Assembly (NCBI GenBank): GCA_019358935.1
Contig: JAHHIK010000024.1
Span: 15,955-79,954, forward strand
Reading direction: 5' to 3'
DNA from: Tolypothrix carrinoi HA7290-LM1
Lineage (GTDB): Bacteria > Cyanobacteriota > Cyanobacteriia > Cyanobacteriales > Nostocaceae
Length of the DNA stretch: 64,000 nt
This document shows, piece by piece, positions 28,801 to 37,575 of this stretch; positions within the stretch are counted from its first letter, which is position 1, and every line of letters starts with the position of its first letter. The notes under the pieces are model-generated. The model was not told the DNA's origin. It ran no database searches and saw nothing but the letters and a program-made list of their open reading frames with translations. Made by a program: the position numbers and the translations under genes.

Positions 28801-29204
28801 ATTTTGATTCGTAGACCTTCAATTTGCTCTGCTCCCTTAAAGCAATTACTGACCAACAGAGAACCGTAGCGACAGGCAGTATCTTCTTCAGTTTGGAAGA
28901 TTTTGCCTATTTTGGCGCGTAGTTCATCATCTGCAAAGTAGTAGTTATTGCCAGAACTAAAGGTGAGTTGTCGTTTGACACCATCGAAGGTTTTGGGTTT
29001 TAGATGTTTAGGGTCAGGGTTTTTCGAGTTAATTTTGACCAGTACGAGAGATTCGAGTTCTTCTGGCTCAAACATGAGTTCCAGAAGAGAGTTTTTGATA
29101 ATTTCTGGTTCAGAAAGGAACCTTCCTTTACCGTTGTTATAAGAACCGTCGAAAACTTTAATTTTGAGACCGATGTTTTGAGCGACTTCTGTTGTTGGTA
29201 TCAT
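25869..29204 (-). CDS. Single-chain RdRP-like (double-psi beta-barrel) polymerase
   Basis: In order: TGDCHGQVS, PFQFR, AKGTL, TRFP and the catalytic loop QADFDGD. Confidence 0.75.
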   Translation of the reverse strand: MIPTTEVAQNIGLKIKVFDGSYNNGKGRFLSEPEIIKNSLLELMFEPEELESLVLVKINSKNPDPKHLKPKTFDGVKRQLTFSSGNNYYFADDELRAKIGKIFQTEEDTACRYGSLLVSNCFKGAEQIEGLRIKIVDYNSKDPKEKAEAEKYKTGDCHGQVSPSLVKLMGGLANRPFQFRFAWLENWADNPEQSLTSFLAKGTLLPNATLEAEGFDIVMDRSSIKGIKKTLLLDLIPCGEYELPRSALGNRGNAKVIDYDNSWQFSIWYSEEALKKDFVEPTRKEAEKLAKLQRNPLALAKHIVEEYDKKQQRAREYAALSVDDSLERENTDKNQEQQELRLVTLLRNDKFGLLIDSPFVADAMRQYVANRWCDLAIKGAFKFSSGMAMPCTDLERGTICVPHLSEGDIITTRFPIVSSDNIRRYTNVHKLELMKYKGVVFMQPKDAEEYHQADFDGDQMVVAPSKMLPQIAAETLRAGEPRRYAEVKQRPKVPYTAVKDAQGKQKYRTLSSIAAASSQNKIGLVATTIGRVQSSVPNEDENPRLFERKKTRLLNRLFIALQPEVDYQKSAERLEDIKEIDGENLLPDSKKWSEAHPSYFFDFKKDNRLYKTFPMPAEEPNPINVIPREAVNPHWEATRIRHRERHEFRYLFPKETFGVDELEWAEELKKRSKQDIAAIAQRIGDDKDVFNEELGKLYDSYRAEIDELFPTKEERFRAAAATWHTQHTKLDIDSHKEECLKIAKTLKMTFSLEPDYELLHEALPRDIYVLQVPFGKKVQEWKESLDQKSIEYEATVHPGLPLVEFALKSLSPLQIEKLEAKYGNNYNDIDTLQMPDNVMIVPPADCAWVESRTEPGKGAIAYHLFMEEIVDQLQQFQFDEIKVLGIKYNDLKNEDFANKKWKKQKVTLEVGTFELTESHPEFYRYNGIPIIQIDGKNLGTFAPDTPKLPIGTTFQASLSPLGATVVLNIDPNSIRLPDAQSETQTDSTTQTNISSDWRKEMQDLLFEAVSNTYKRRQEREPDNTETKQFKIGNSWTAYVQPNGDFFVRSESKRTICKGNIHTGEEVLLLSDAGALQLQEMIILTSKSAQLQSPVLEANSRGSGKRKEMELA

Positions 29205-29351
29205 TGTTAAATTGTTGTTGTTAACTATAAAAATATGCGTTTTATAGGCTTAACATAGGACAAGTCTGTTAGTGATTAGTCGTTAGGAGGATTCTGGAGG
29301 TAAGTAAGGCACCTAGTATTCACCGAAAAGTCATTTTGAGGAAATGCGATT

Positions 29352-29582
29352 ATGTACATTGGTAATGGGCGGAGTGGAAAACCACATTATTTGAAAGTTT
29401 CGGACTTTGAACTGGAGAGCGATGGGCTGTTAGAGGATGAAGGTCTGGCTGAAGTTGTAGAAATTTCTCCTGGCGAGCTGGAGAAGATAGGAGCAAGGAT
29501 TGGTAAAGTTAGGTTTGAGCGGGACAATATGGAAGTGGATGAGCGGCTCAACCTTTATCCGGACGATATAGACCGGGTTTGA
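29352..29582 (+). CDS. Small acidic hypothetical protein
   Basis: 76-aa ORF with GAGG upstream. Confidence 0.45.
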   Translation: MYIGNGRSGKPHYLKVSDFELESDGLLEDEGLAEVVEISPGELEKIGARIGKVRFERDNMEVDERLNLYPDDIDRV

Positions 29583-29593
29583 TGGTATTCCCT

Positions 29594-29619
29594 CCGAGTG
29601 TGACAGTTGTCACACTCGG
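29594..29619. promoter_or_regulatory. Palindrome upstream of the kinase operon
   Basis: CCGAGTGTGACA-GT-TGTCACACTCGG. Confidence 0.5.
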
Positions 29620-29662
29620 TGGCTTCCTTGGGGATTTGCTTTTATAGCACGGTATCGACATT

Positions 29663-30589
29663 ATGACTAACGAGTTTGATATTATCGTCGTACCCGGCGA
29701 TGCCGCCGAAGCTACTGAGGCGATGGGAACCAAATTCAAATTCTGGTTTTACCACCCGGAACTAGGCTATTGTCTTTATAAGCAAGCTCGACCTAATACA
29801 GGTGAAGACTGGGCAGAAAAGATAGCGGCTTCGTTGTGTGAGTTACTCAAAGTGCCCCATGCCCGTATTGAACTGGCTACCTGGAACAACGGTCGTGGTA
29901 CGGTGTCACCATCATTTCTATCTAATGGTTCCTCACTCATTCTTGGTAATGAGATTCTTGCTCCAATGGTGCCGGAGTATCCCCGATTCCAAGCTTTTAA
30001 TGTGTCGCAACACACCCTTGATGTTGTGCTGGCAGCCATTAGTAATAATGCAGTCAATCTGCCTTTGAACTGGATACCACCAGCAGGTATCCAGACAGCA
30101 GTAGATACTTTTGTTGGCTACTTACTGTTGGATGCTTGGATTGGTAACAGCGACAGGCATCACGAAAATTGGGGGTTTATAGAAACATCTTTAGATGCCT
30201 CTACACAGAAGAGAATGTTTCATCTTGCACCCACCTACGACCACGCTTCCAGCCTAGGTCGGGAAATGCTGGACAGCAAGCGACTGGAGCGACTTCTCAA
30301 TCGCTCTGTCTCAGCCTATGTAGACAAATGCAGATCGGCGCTATATGCTCAAATTGGGGATAAAAAAGCCTTGAGACCTCTGGATGCGTTTTGTGAAGCA
30401 GCGCAACAGGCAACTAATGCAGCTTCAGTGTGGTTGGAGTGCTTAAGTTGTGTGTCCTCCACAGAAACGCTGGCACTATTTAACCGCGTGCCATCGAACC
30501 GGATTTCAGAAACGGCGATCGCTTTTGCTCAGGATATACTGGAAATAAATCAACGCCGACTGCTTGAACTGCGGGAGGAACTACTGTGA
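29663..30589 (+). CDS. HipA-family kinase
   Basis: MGTKFKFW, LYKQ, GEDWAEKIA, WIGNSDRHHENWG, LAPTYDHASSL. Confidence 0.88.
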   Translation: MTNEFDIIVVPGDAAEATEAMGTKFKFWFYHPELGYCLYKQARPNTGEDWAEKIAASLCELLKVPHARIELATWNNGRGTVSPSFLSNGSSLILGNEILAPMVPEYPRFQAFNVSQHTLDVVLAAISNNAVNLPLNWIPPAGIQTAVDTFVGYLLLDAWIGNSDRHHENWGFIETSLDASTQKRMFHLAPTYDHASSLGREMLDSKRLERLLNRSVSAYVDKCRSALYAQIGDKKALRPLDAFCEAAQQATNAASVWLECLSCVSSTETLALFNRVPSNRISETAIAFAQDILEINQRRLLELREELL

Positions 30590-31341
30590 AAATGCTCTTT
30601 CTAGCTTGGCAAGACCCAGTTAGTCGCGCTTGGTTTCCCATTGGTCGCTTATCTAGTGATGGAACCACCTATCAATTTGTTTATACTCAAGGAGTCCAAG
30701 TGGCGCAGCAACAGTGCGCCTTTCAGCCATTGCCGTCTTTCCCAGACTTAGACTTGGTGTACTTTTCGCCAGAATTGTTTCCATTATTCGCTAACCGCCT
30801 TCTACGTCGAAGCAGACCGGACTACGCTGATTTCGTACAGTGGTTAAACCTCTCCACCCACGAAGATGACCCAATCGCTTTGCTTGCTCGCAGTGGGGGA
30901 CAACGGGCTACCGATACGTTTTTTGTCTTGCCTGCAAGTGAGCAGGATGGGAATGGAGTTTACCACATTCACTTTTTTGTTCACGGTCTACGCTATCTGC
31001 CTTATGAAACTATTAATCGGATTAGCCACTTACAGACGGGCGAACTGTTGCGTCTTGTTCGCGACACATATTCTGATGAAGAACGTGGTTTGATTTTGTG
31101 TACTGAAGACCGTTACATTGTGGGCTACAGTCCTCAATATCTTTTAGATGATAGCTTTGAGATGCTGCGCTCTTTACTAAACTGCGTGCAAGTTGCCGTT
31201 GAGCGCGTCAATCCACCCCCCACACCCCTCCAGTTTCGGTTGCTTTGTCACCTGAGTGCCTGTTTGCCAGAAAACTTTCGTCCTTTCTCCAGTTCGATTT
31301 ACCAACCACTGGTTGATATGGTAGCGGCTAGCCCGGTTTAG
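30586..31341 (+). CDS. HipA-N/HipS-like plus HIRAN-domain protein (putative antitoxin)
   Basis: LFLAWQD..WFPIGRL..LFPLFANR..RPDY N-domain, then FFVHGLRY..LRLVRD..IVGY HIRAN-like domain; GTGA overlap with the kinase gene. Confidence 0.8.
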   Translation: MKMLFLAWQDPVSRAWFPIGRLSSDGTTYQFVYTQGVQVAQQQCAFQPLPSFPDLDLVYFSPELFPLFANRLLRRSRPDYADFVQWLNLSTHEDDPIALLARSGGQRATDTFFVLPASEQDGNGVYHIHFFVHGLRYLPYETINRISHLQTGELLRLVRDTYSDEERGLILCTEDRYIVGYSPQYLLDDSFEMLRSLLNCVQVAVERVNPPPTPLQFRLLCHLSACLPENFRPFSSSIYQPLVDMVAASPV

Positions 31342-31352
31342 GAAAGGTCAAC

Positions 31353-32189
31353 TCACAGTGTTTGAATCGCTTTGAAGACGGACTCTTGGGTGAGGTAGAG
31401 CGATCGCATACTGGCACTTGCCGAATCGAAGTAAGTGGCGAAGCGTTTTAATTCCCCCGTTGTTAGTTGAATTAAATAATCAGTGGCAACTGCTGCTACT
31501 TGTTGGTTGATGCTCAAGCTTTGAGTATTGAGTAGCGCCATTTGTTCGCATGATAAATTGTTGTCCTGCAATTCCTCTGGTAGTGGAACCAAAAGTTCTG
31601 GATGTTGGATTGTTGGCGAGGGGATTTGGCTACAGCCAAGGGGTCCAAAGGTATAATCTTGCGGGGCATTAGATAGATTTGAACCTAATAAAACCTGTCC
31701 GCTACTTTTACTATTCCCACAGTCTAAATACCAGATTGAAGGAGCCTGATTAGAATTGTAATCGTTATGTTTCAGCACTTGTGAAAGTGACTCTCGCGCC
31801 GAAGCATTATCCACGCACCCAATAATAATTGACAGTGTTTTGTACCCTGCTTGTACCATTTTTGGGTGAAAGCGTTTGGTTATTGCTTTAATTTCCATCC
31901 CCCAGGCAATTGAATATCTTAGAGCTAATGTTTGGGCTTTGAGCAAGCCGATTTCTTTATAGCAGAAGCACTGCCTTAGTACATTAGCTTCTTCGACAAC
32001 ATCATGATCTACGAAAGTGACTTGCACCTCTTTACCCGTATTGCTTAAGCTACAAGCAAGTCGAACAACACTCGCAGCAAGCCAACTCCCAGTCCCTCCC
32101 ATTCCAACGACCCAAAATTCAATGCGGGAGTGTTGTAAAAGAATTAGCTTTGATGCGTTAACAAAATCATAGTAATGGTTCATGTTCAT
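31353..32189 (-). CDS. ThiF/E1-like adenylyltransferase (PRTRC-like)
   Basis: VVGMGGTGS, VDHDVVEEANVLRQ, GCVDN..AR, LDCGN, LSCEQ; start moved to MNMNH. Confidence 0.88.
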   Translation of the reverse strand: MNMNHYYDFVNASKLILLQHSRIEFWVVGMGGTGSWLAASVVRLACSLSNTGKEVQVTFVDHDVVEEANVLRQCFCYKEIGLLKAQTLALRYSIAWGMEIKAITKRFHPKMVQAGYKTLSIIIGCVDNASARESLSQVLKHNDYNSNQAPSIWYLDCGNSKSSGQVLLGSNLSNAPQDYTFGPLGCSQIPSPTIQHPELLVPLPEELQDNNLSCEQMALLNTQSLSINQQVAAVATDYLIQLTTGELKRFATYFDSASASMRSLYLTQESVFKAIQTL

Positions 32190-32886
32190 CCAAAGAATTA
32201 TCCAGAATTGGAGAATTAGTATTCGAGTAAAATTTGTAGGCAATTGCTGAGTCACAAGAGATGTCGTGCATAAACTCAGGTAGTTCAAAGACGTTGCTTG
32301 CAGGGATATCCCAGTAGTTTCTGAAAATTCCCACTCTGACTCGGATTTCAGGTTCTTTGGTGTTGACTCGCCCCAAAACAGCATAGATGCGGAACCCTCC
32401 TTCGTCAGCATCATCGGTTGTTGAGAAGAAGGCTTTCATTGCATGATGAGAATGCACGTCCACAGTAGCGTTGTGGAACGAAGAATCGCCGTCAAATCTG
32501 GTTGGTTGACAGCTTGCGCTATGTTGAGTTTGGTCTGGTATTTCCAAGCGCCAATTGTTCTGTTCATAGTGAATGTGAAAAGCAATTTCTACTGCACCTT
32601 GAGCGTTACAAGCGAGGCAACTGCGTCGCCACATTTCTAGCAATATTGTTTTAGGAATCTTATTTGGTTTGAGTTGCAAATAAGGTTCAATAATTGGCAA
32701 TCCTCGGATATTTTCTCTGTAGTATTCCACGGGCATCAATACTTCTAATCCTGGGCGGATGCCTCTAATGAATACTCCATTCCCAGCAAAAAGATATTCA
32801 AACAGAGAACTGGTATGAGATGGTAAAGGGAGTTGACGGACAATTTTGTAGTCAACTATTTCCTCAAAATTAACTAGCTGAATCAT
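32167..32886 (-). CDS. JAB/MPN metalloprotease (PRTRC protein A-like)
   Basis: AVEIAF plus DVHSHHAMKAFFSTTDDADE JAMM motif. Confidence 0.88.
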   Translation of the reverse strand: MIQLVNFEEIVDYKIVRQLPLPSHTSSLFEYLFAGNGVFIRGIRPGLEVLMPVEYYRENIRGLPIIEPYLQLKPNKIPKTILLEMWRRSCLACNAQGAVEIAFHIHYEQNNWRLEIPDQTQHSASCQPTRFDGDSSFHNATVDVHSHHAMKAFFSTTDDADEGGFRIYAVLGRVNTKEPEIRVRVGIFRNYWDIPASNVFELPEFMHDISCDSAIAYKFYSNTNSPILDNSLDEHEPLL

Positions 32887-33580
32887 CGGCAATTTCTGAA
32901 AATAAAGTTGCAATGGTAGCCTTTTTATCTAAAGGCACAAGGTCTTTGAGCGGGTAAGTGCAGTTTTTCTGCTGATGCAAAGCTAAAAGTTGATCGCGGA
33001 CATCATTTGTATGGTGCTTCGATTTGCCATTACTTAAATGGGAATTAAACGGACTAGAAATGAAAAGATTCCAAGCTTGATTAATGGATTGGGCAGAAGC
33101 AGATGGGGGTTGATTTTTACCCCAGCAAACTTTTCCCCACGGCGTGTACACATTTGGCAGTGGGGCATGGAAAAGGCTGGCATCAGGGTCGAATATCTTA
33201 ATTTTGGTTGCCCATAACCAGTAGGTAAAATTTTTGCCGACAAATATCATTGCAGGCATTGGAATTTGAACTTGCCCTAGTTCGTCACAGTCAAGTAGTG
33301 TTCTTTGTGGCGGGACGAATTTAACTACCCATTCCCCAGAGTTGCTAGTACAAGTGCGAACTACACCTTCACCTATCCAACCAGAGTCGATAGGTTCATT
33401 GCTAAAGGCGATGCGTAGTGCCGTTGGTGAGAGACATTTGTAGTGTGATTTTTCTCCAGATTGGTAATGCAGGATGTAAGTGCCATCAAGGATTAGTAGC
33501 TCGGCTTTGATTGCAGATAAGCTTCTGGGAGGGTCTTGTAAAAGCTCCCTGATTATTTCAGCAGTGATGATGTGTTCCAT
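32870..33580 (-). CDS. Prokaryotic E2 family D protein (PRTRC protein B-like)
   Basis: LFHAPLPNVY..GKVCWG..FISSPFNSHL. Confidence 0.82.
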   Translation of the reverse strand: MEHIITAEIIRELLQDPPRSLSAIKAELLILDGTYILHYQSGEKSHYKCLSPTALRIAFSNEPIDSGWIGEGVVRTCTSNSGEWVVKFVPPQRTLLDCDELGQVQIPMPAMIFVGKNFTYWLWATKIKIFDPDASLFHAPLPNVYTPWGKVCWGKNQPPSASAQSINQAWNLFISSPFNSHLSNGKSKHHTNDVRDQLLALHQQKNCTYPLKDLVPLDKKATIATLFSEIADDSAS

Positions 33581-34353
33581 ATTCCCAAAACTAGTTCAAA
33601 GTGGTTTATAAGGTCTTGCTCCAGCCATTCGATAAGGTGATAAACTTGGTCGAGGATTACCTTGGCATTTTGCCATTCCCTCTGTAAAAATTTGATGTTT
33701 TCAATTGTCCAAAGTAATGAAACTTCTGGTTCATTTGTTGCACAATAATCCAGCCAAATGTTATTGCTTTCATAGTCAAGAAGTTGCAATGCCAAGGGTA
33801 AGAATTTTAAAGGTTTGGCAGCACGACAGGATAGTTTTTTTAACAATTGAGCGTTAATATCTTTGGGGTGTGCGATCGCCTGCCATGACACCCCAAACTC
33901 GCACTCATACCAATCAGTGCCTTCCGCTGACTCAAGCCAGTAATATCCTTCTGTGCTTAAAGGAAGAAGAATTTGCCATCCAGACCGCAATGATTCAATG
34001 TCCTCGTGTCCGATCCAATCGCAGCCCATTGGCATAAGTGGAATTTGGTAGAAGCGTTCTTCATAGGCGTTTTCTATTTGTAACTCTGAGATGGGAAATA
34101 GGTTTTGGCTGACTAGATATAAAAACTCGATTTCAAGGGAACTGTGACTGTCAGGGTTATTTAGGTCTTTGGGGTAGGGTGCAGCTGTACTGTTCTTAAA
34201 TTCATCTGGGAATAAGTGTTGATATAACGCCAGCAGTCGGTAGCTATTGAAACGGTTTTCTAAATAGTCAACCGCTTGGTTAGTGTCAAGAATTCTTTGG
34301 CACTGTCGCAAGCGGTGAATCGCTGATAACGCATTTAAAAGAGAAGGTAACAT
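33553..34353 (-). CDS. Conserved cassette protein (PRTRC protein F-like position)
   Basis: Overlaps its neighbours in the operon; LQLLDYESNNIWLD motif. Confidence 0.6.
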   Translation of the reverse strand: MLPSLLNALSAIHRLRQCQRILDTNQAVDYLENRFNSYRLLALYQHLFPDEFKNSTAAPYPKDLNNPDSHSSLEIEFLYLVSQNLFPISELQIENAYEERFYQIPLMPMGCDWIGHEDIESLRSGWQILLPLSTEGYYWLESAEGTDWYECEFGVSWQAIAHPKDINAQLLKKLSCRAAKPLKFLPLALQLLDYESNNIWLDYCATNEPEVSLLWTIENIKFLQREWQNAKVILDQVYHLIEWLEQDLINHFELVLGIWNTSSLLK

Positions 34354-34355
34354 TG

Positions 34356-34778
34356 CTAGAACCCTTCTGGAATTGCGCCTGGTGATGGTAGAATTTTCTC
34401 TAGCAAGCGCAATGTTTTCCGAATTACATTAGAGTATTCGGTTCCCTGTTTAATGGCTTCTTCAATTTCATTGGAGAGGGCGTTCATACTTTCGTAATCA
34501 AGTTCTCCTATCAATTCCATATGCTGAACTTTTCGGCACATGCTTATTGCTGGATTAACTTCTTCAGGTGAGGTGATTAAAACCTCTAGAGGTGACGCAC
34601 CTTTTGGACCCGCTCGTTTTATAATTTTGATAATTTCTCCGGGCTTCCTCTCAATCACAGAATTTGCCATGTCGGGATAAAAAGGTGTAAAAAGGTCGCG
34701 TAGTAATTGGTCGTTGGCAGCAATGTTTTCATCTACAGGATGTTGTTGTCCCTCAAAAGACACTATTACTTTAACCAT
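34356..34778 (-). CDS. Ubiquitin-like protein (PRTRC protein C-like) with C-terminal extension
   Basis: About 60-aa domain (LRDLFTPFYPDMANS..IIKRAGPKG) followed by about 80 further aa. Confidence 0.65.
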   Translation of the reverse strand: MVKVIVSFEGQQHPVDENIAANDQLLRDLFTPFYPDMANSVIERKPGEIIKIIKRAGPKGASPLEVLITSPEEVNPAISMCRKVQHMELIGELDYESMNALSNEIEEAIKQGTEYSNVIRKTLRLLEKILPSPGAIPEGF

Positions 34779-34806
34779 AGTAGAATTATTGTGTTTAAAT
34801 GTTGAA

Positions 34807-35523
34807 CTAGACCCCAAACAGCGTTAGCTGTGTATTTTTGCTGGTAGGGTTTTCTTCTTTGGTTTTGATAGGGAGAGAAGCAGCGGGTTGTTTATTTTTG
34901 GTTTTCTTAAGAGCCGCGTAGGAAATAGCCCGTCGCACTTGTCGGTTGGGAAAATCTGCTACTAATTCGTTAAGAAGGTCAGTGATAGCAGGTGGTAATT
35001 CGCCCATTTCATAAAGTCGCAGCATTTTATTAACAGGAAAGTCGCCGTGGCTACTGGCTGCCAGCATCACCTTTCTACCTTCGGGAGAGTTGTCATCAGG
35101 TAGAAAGGTAATGGTTAGCTTTACTGTGCATTTTTCAAAGATGTACGGTTCTAATTGTTCTTCTTTTGAGTTTGTTTCAGACTCGAAGTTTTTGGATTCT
35201 GAGTCGTCATCATTCAATTCGTCCACTTCGTCATTTAATAAAGCTGCATCTGGCGCGTCAACTATTGGTTTTTGTTCATCTGGCTGTGAATCATCTGAAG
35301 AGTTGTCGTTAAGTTCATCATTTTTGGACGCTGGTTGGAGAAGTGCCAAGTAATCAGACGCACCTGAAGACCAGCGATCGCGCTCAAAAAGAAGTCCTAA
35401 TTCTTGGAACCGTTCTTCTGTTGTTTTATGCTTTTGAGAACGATTGGGGTAAGTTTTGAGAGTAGCAGGGCTAATTGAAAGTTGAAGCAGTGAAACAGCT
35501 TGTTCTGGAGTTAGCCAGTTCAT
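34807..35523 (-). CDS. Cassette-associated acidic protein (PRTRC protein E-like position)
   Basis: First gene of the cassette; acidic linker; ends in QLTLFGV, a beta-clamp-motif-like tail. Confidence 0.55.
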   Translation of the reverse strand: MNWLTPEQAVSLLQLSISPATLKTYPNRSQKHKTTEERFQELGLLFERDRWSSGASDYLALLQPASKNDELNDNSSDDSQPDEQKPIVDAPDAALLNDEVDELNDDDSESKNFESETNSKEEQLEPYIFEKCTVKLTITFLPDDNSPEGRKVMLAASSHGDFPVNKMLRLYEMGELPPAITDLLNELVADFPNRQVRRAISYAALKKTKNKQPAASLPIKTKEENPTSKNTQLTLFGV

Positions 35524-35763
35524 GATGCGTGTTTTCTACAATAGTCAATTGTTCTGCTTGTGGGGGCGATCGCCCCTTGGACTACAGATTTTATGGTTTT
35601 CACACTAGGAAATTTGGGGTTTAGTTAGTCGTGAAGCGTTAATTCAGTAATTCAATCGAAGAACGTTAGATCGGCGTTTCAGTGCTTACAAATCAATCAT
35701 TTAGCCGCTAAAATCCATTTATTGCTTATTACTGAATCAGTGTTGTGGTGCTATTGAATCGTG

Positions 35764-36027
35764 CTAGTTGTTTTCGTCGCTCAGTAACAGAAGTGGATCT
35801 GGATCATCGACTTCTTCTCTGACACCAGCAGTCATAGCATCGGCTATGCTTTCTCGGATATCCCCCAGTATTTGGAATAATTTACCGTCTTTAATTGGGA
35901 AAACAATTGCGATTGTGTTGTGTTCGTCGCTGATTCCTAAAACAATTTTTTCTCGGTCAATGTGATGGGAGAGGGTGTCCAGTGTGGATACTTCAATAGT
36001 TTGATATTGTTGGTTACTTCTTTTCAT
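35764..36027 (-). CDS. Hypothetical protein
   Basis: 87-aa ORF co-oriented with its neighbours. Confidence 0.55.
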   Translation of the reverse strand: MKRSNQQYQTIEVSTLDTLSHHIDREKIVLGISDEHNTIAIVFPIKDGKLFQILGDIRESIADAMTAGVREEVDDPDPLLLLSDENN

Positions 36028-36269
36028 GTTGCTATAGTGCGCGTGATGGCACGAGTATTCTTTGATAATGGTTGTTGAAAGGAGGAGATAAGTGTGAAGA
36101 TAAATTTGGCATAGCGTGAAAGGGAAGTAGTTTAAAGGGGTGTAATTTATGCGAGAAGTGAAATGACCATTGATAAGATATGCGTATTCGCTCTTATAAT
36201 CAGTTGTACTTCGTTTGCTAATTCCTCAAGCACCAAATATGCTCATTTTATGGTGCTTGAGTGTATGAA

Positions 36270-36878
36270 TTACTTCACTGCGGAGACTTTTTTTTTTCCA
36301 TTACGTTTTTGATGGTTATCTTGAACGTCTTGGATGTTTTTCGGAATTATTCCGTACTCGACTTTTCGCTTGCGTTCTATATGCGTACCGTCTACGGGTA
36401 TGCCTTTTTTCCAATCAGCGATGATTCTCTTTTTGTCAGGAGTAACCACTTCTTTTCGGTTGATGTACTCTTGGGGTAATTCCTCCGTAGGAATCAGTAC
36501 TTCACAACTAGGCGGGTTTTCTTTGATAGTAATGTGGCGGGATTTGCCCACTAATTTATCTGGTAAAATTCCAGTGGAGTGGAAGTACAGTAGGGTAGAA
36601 TCCAAGGAAAGTCGCCAGCGTTGCAAGCGATCAAGTGCCGTTTTATGAATTTCTACTAAATGTTCAAGGCGTGCTTTGATCCCAACTATTTCAGCATCCA
36701 GCTGCAAAGCTAGCTCGGCTTGGGTATCAGTTGATGTTTCTTGGTTTTTATGGTTTTCCCAGAGTGCTTTGAGAATAGCTTCCTCTTCTTCTGGAGTTTG
36801 GGCGCTTTCTAACTGTGTCCAAAGTTCAACAGCTTCAAATGAATATTTGGCTAAGGTTGCTTGAGCTAAGTAAGACAT
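36270..36878 (-). CDS. Siphovirus Gp157-family protein
   Basis: Coiled coil followed by ITIKENPPSCEV..LPQEY..PDKKRIIADWKKGIPVDGTHIE. Confidence 0.8.
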   Translation of the reverse strand: MSYLAQATLAKYSFEAVELWTQLESAQTPEEEEAILKALWENHKNQETSTDTQAELALQLDAEIVGIKARLEHLVEIHKTALDRLQRWRLSLDSTLLYFHSTGILPDKLVGKSRHITIKENPPSCEVLIPTEELPQEYINRKEVVTPDKKRIIADWKKGIPVDGTHIERKRKVEYGIIPKNIQDVQDNHQKRNGKKKVSAVK

Positions 36879-36880
36879 TT

Positions 36881-37054
36881 TTACCACCTTCCGCAGCTAT
36901 GTTTGTAGTCCCATTCGGCTTCAATTTGGTTGATGATAACCATAGTTTCTGAATCAAGTTTTTCTTCAGATGACATGGGAATTGGTAGGATATTAATGGT
37001 CGTCTGATGTTCAAATGTGGATAACTTTGGTTTTGTAACTCGTTTTGGCATCAT
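36881..37054 (-). CDS. Small hypothetical protein (57 aa, below the ORF-track cutoff)
   Basis: Manual translation MMPKRVTKPKLSTFEHQTTINILPIP...EAEWDYKHSCGRW*; the stop lies next to the gp157 start. Confidence 0.5.
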   Translation of the reverse strand: MMPKRVTKPKLSTFEHQTTINILPIPMSSEEKLDSETMVIINQIEAEWDYKHSCGRW

Positions 37055-37575
37055 TGTTAGTGCTACTAGAAATGGCTATAGTGTTGAAAGTTAGGACGTG
37101 GGAGTAATGTTGCTAACATTTAACGCTCATAGCGCGGTAGCGCGGCAATGCGTGCAACGAATGCTCAATTGACTTTAAGAGGGTATTGATGCGGTTGAAA
37201 GAAGCGTTATGGATGGTCAATATTCCTTAGGAAAGATGTTTTCAATCTTTAAGCGGTAGATGGCATTAAAAAAATTTTGTGCCACTATAAGTTGATGGTT
37301 TGTGCAACTTTACTTATGAATTAGTCGTTGGTATTTGTCTTTTCTAATGACGTGAATTTTTAGTTTTTATTAGGTTAAATTACATATTTACTAAGATACA
37401 AACAAAAGTGTTTTCCGTTTATCACCAGATTTCTAACTTAATTCATGAGTCAATTAAGTTATGAATATATATGTTTAGATAATTTTATATATACAGCTTT
37501 TGATGTTAGTCATGTTGGTTATATCCGTGCCAAAATAATTTAAATAAGTATAAATAAATATTATGAAATTGAGTT

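Noticed and set aside
29260..29273. 14-bp match (GACAAGTCTGTTAG) to the MITE interior at about 3757
   Set aside because: No TIRs or extended similarity; probably chance.
32190..32414. Long N-terminus of the ThiF ORF
   Set aside because: It overlaps the JAB gene in another frame; ThiF-like sequence starts at about 32189.
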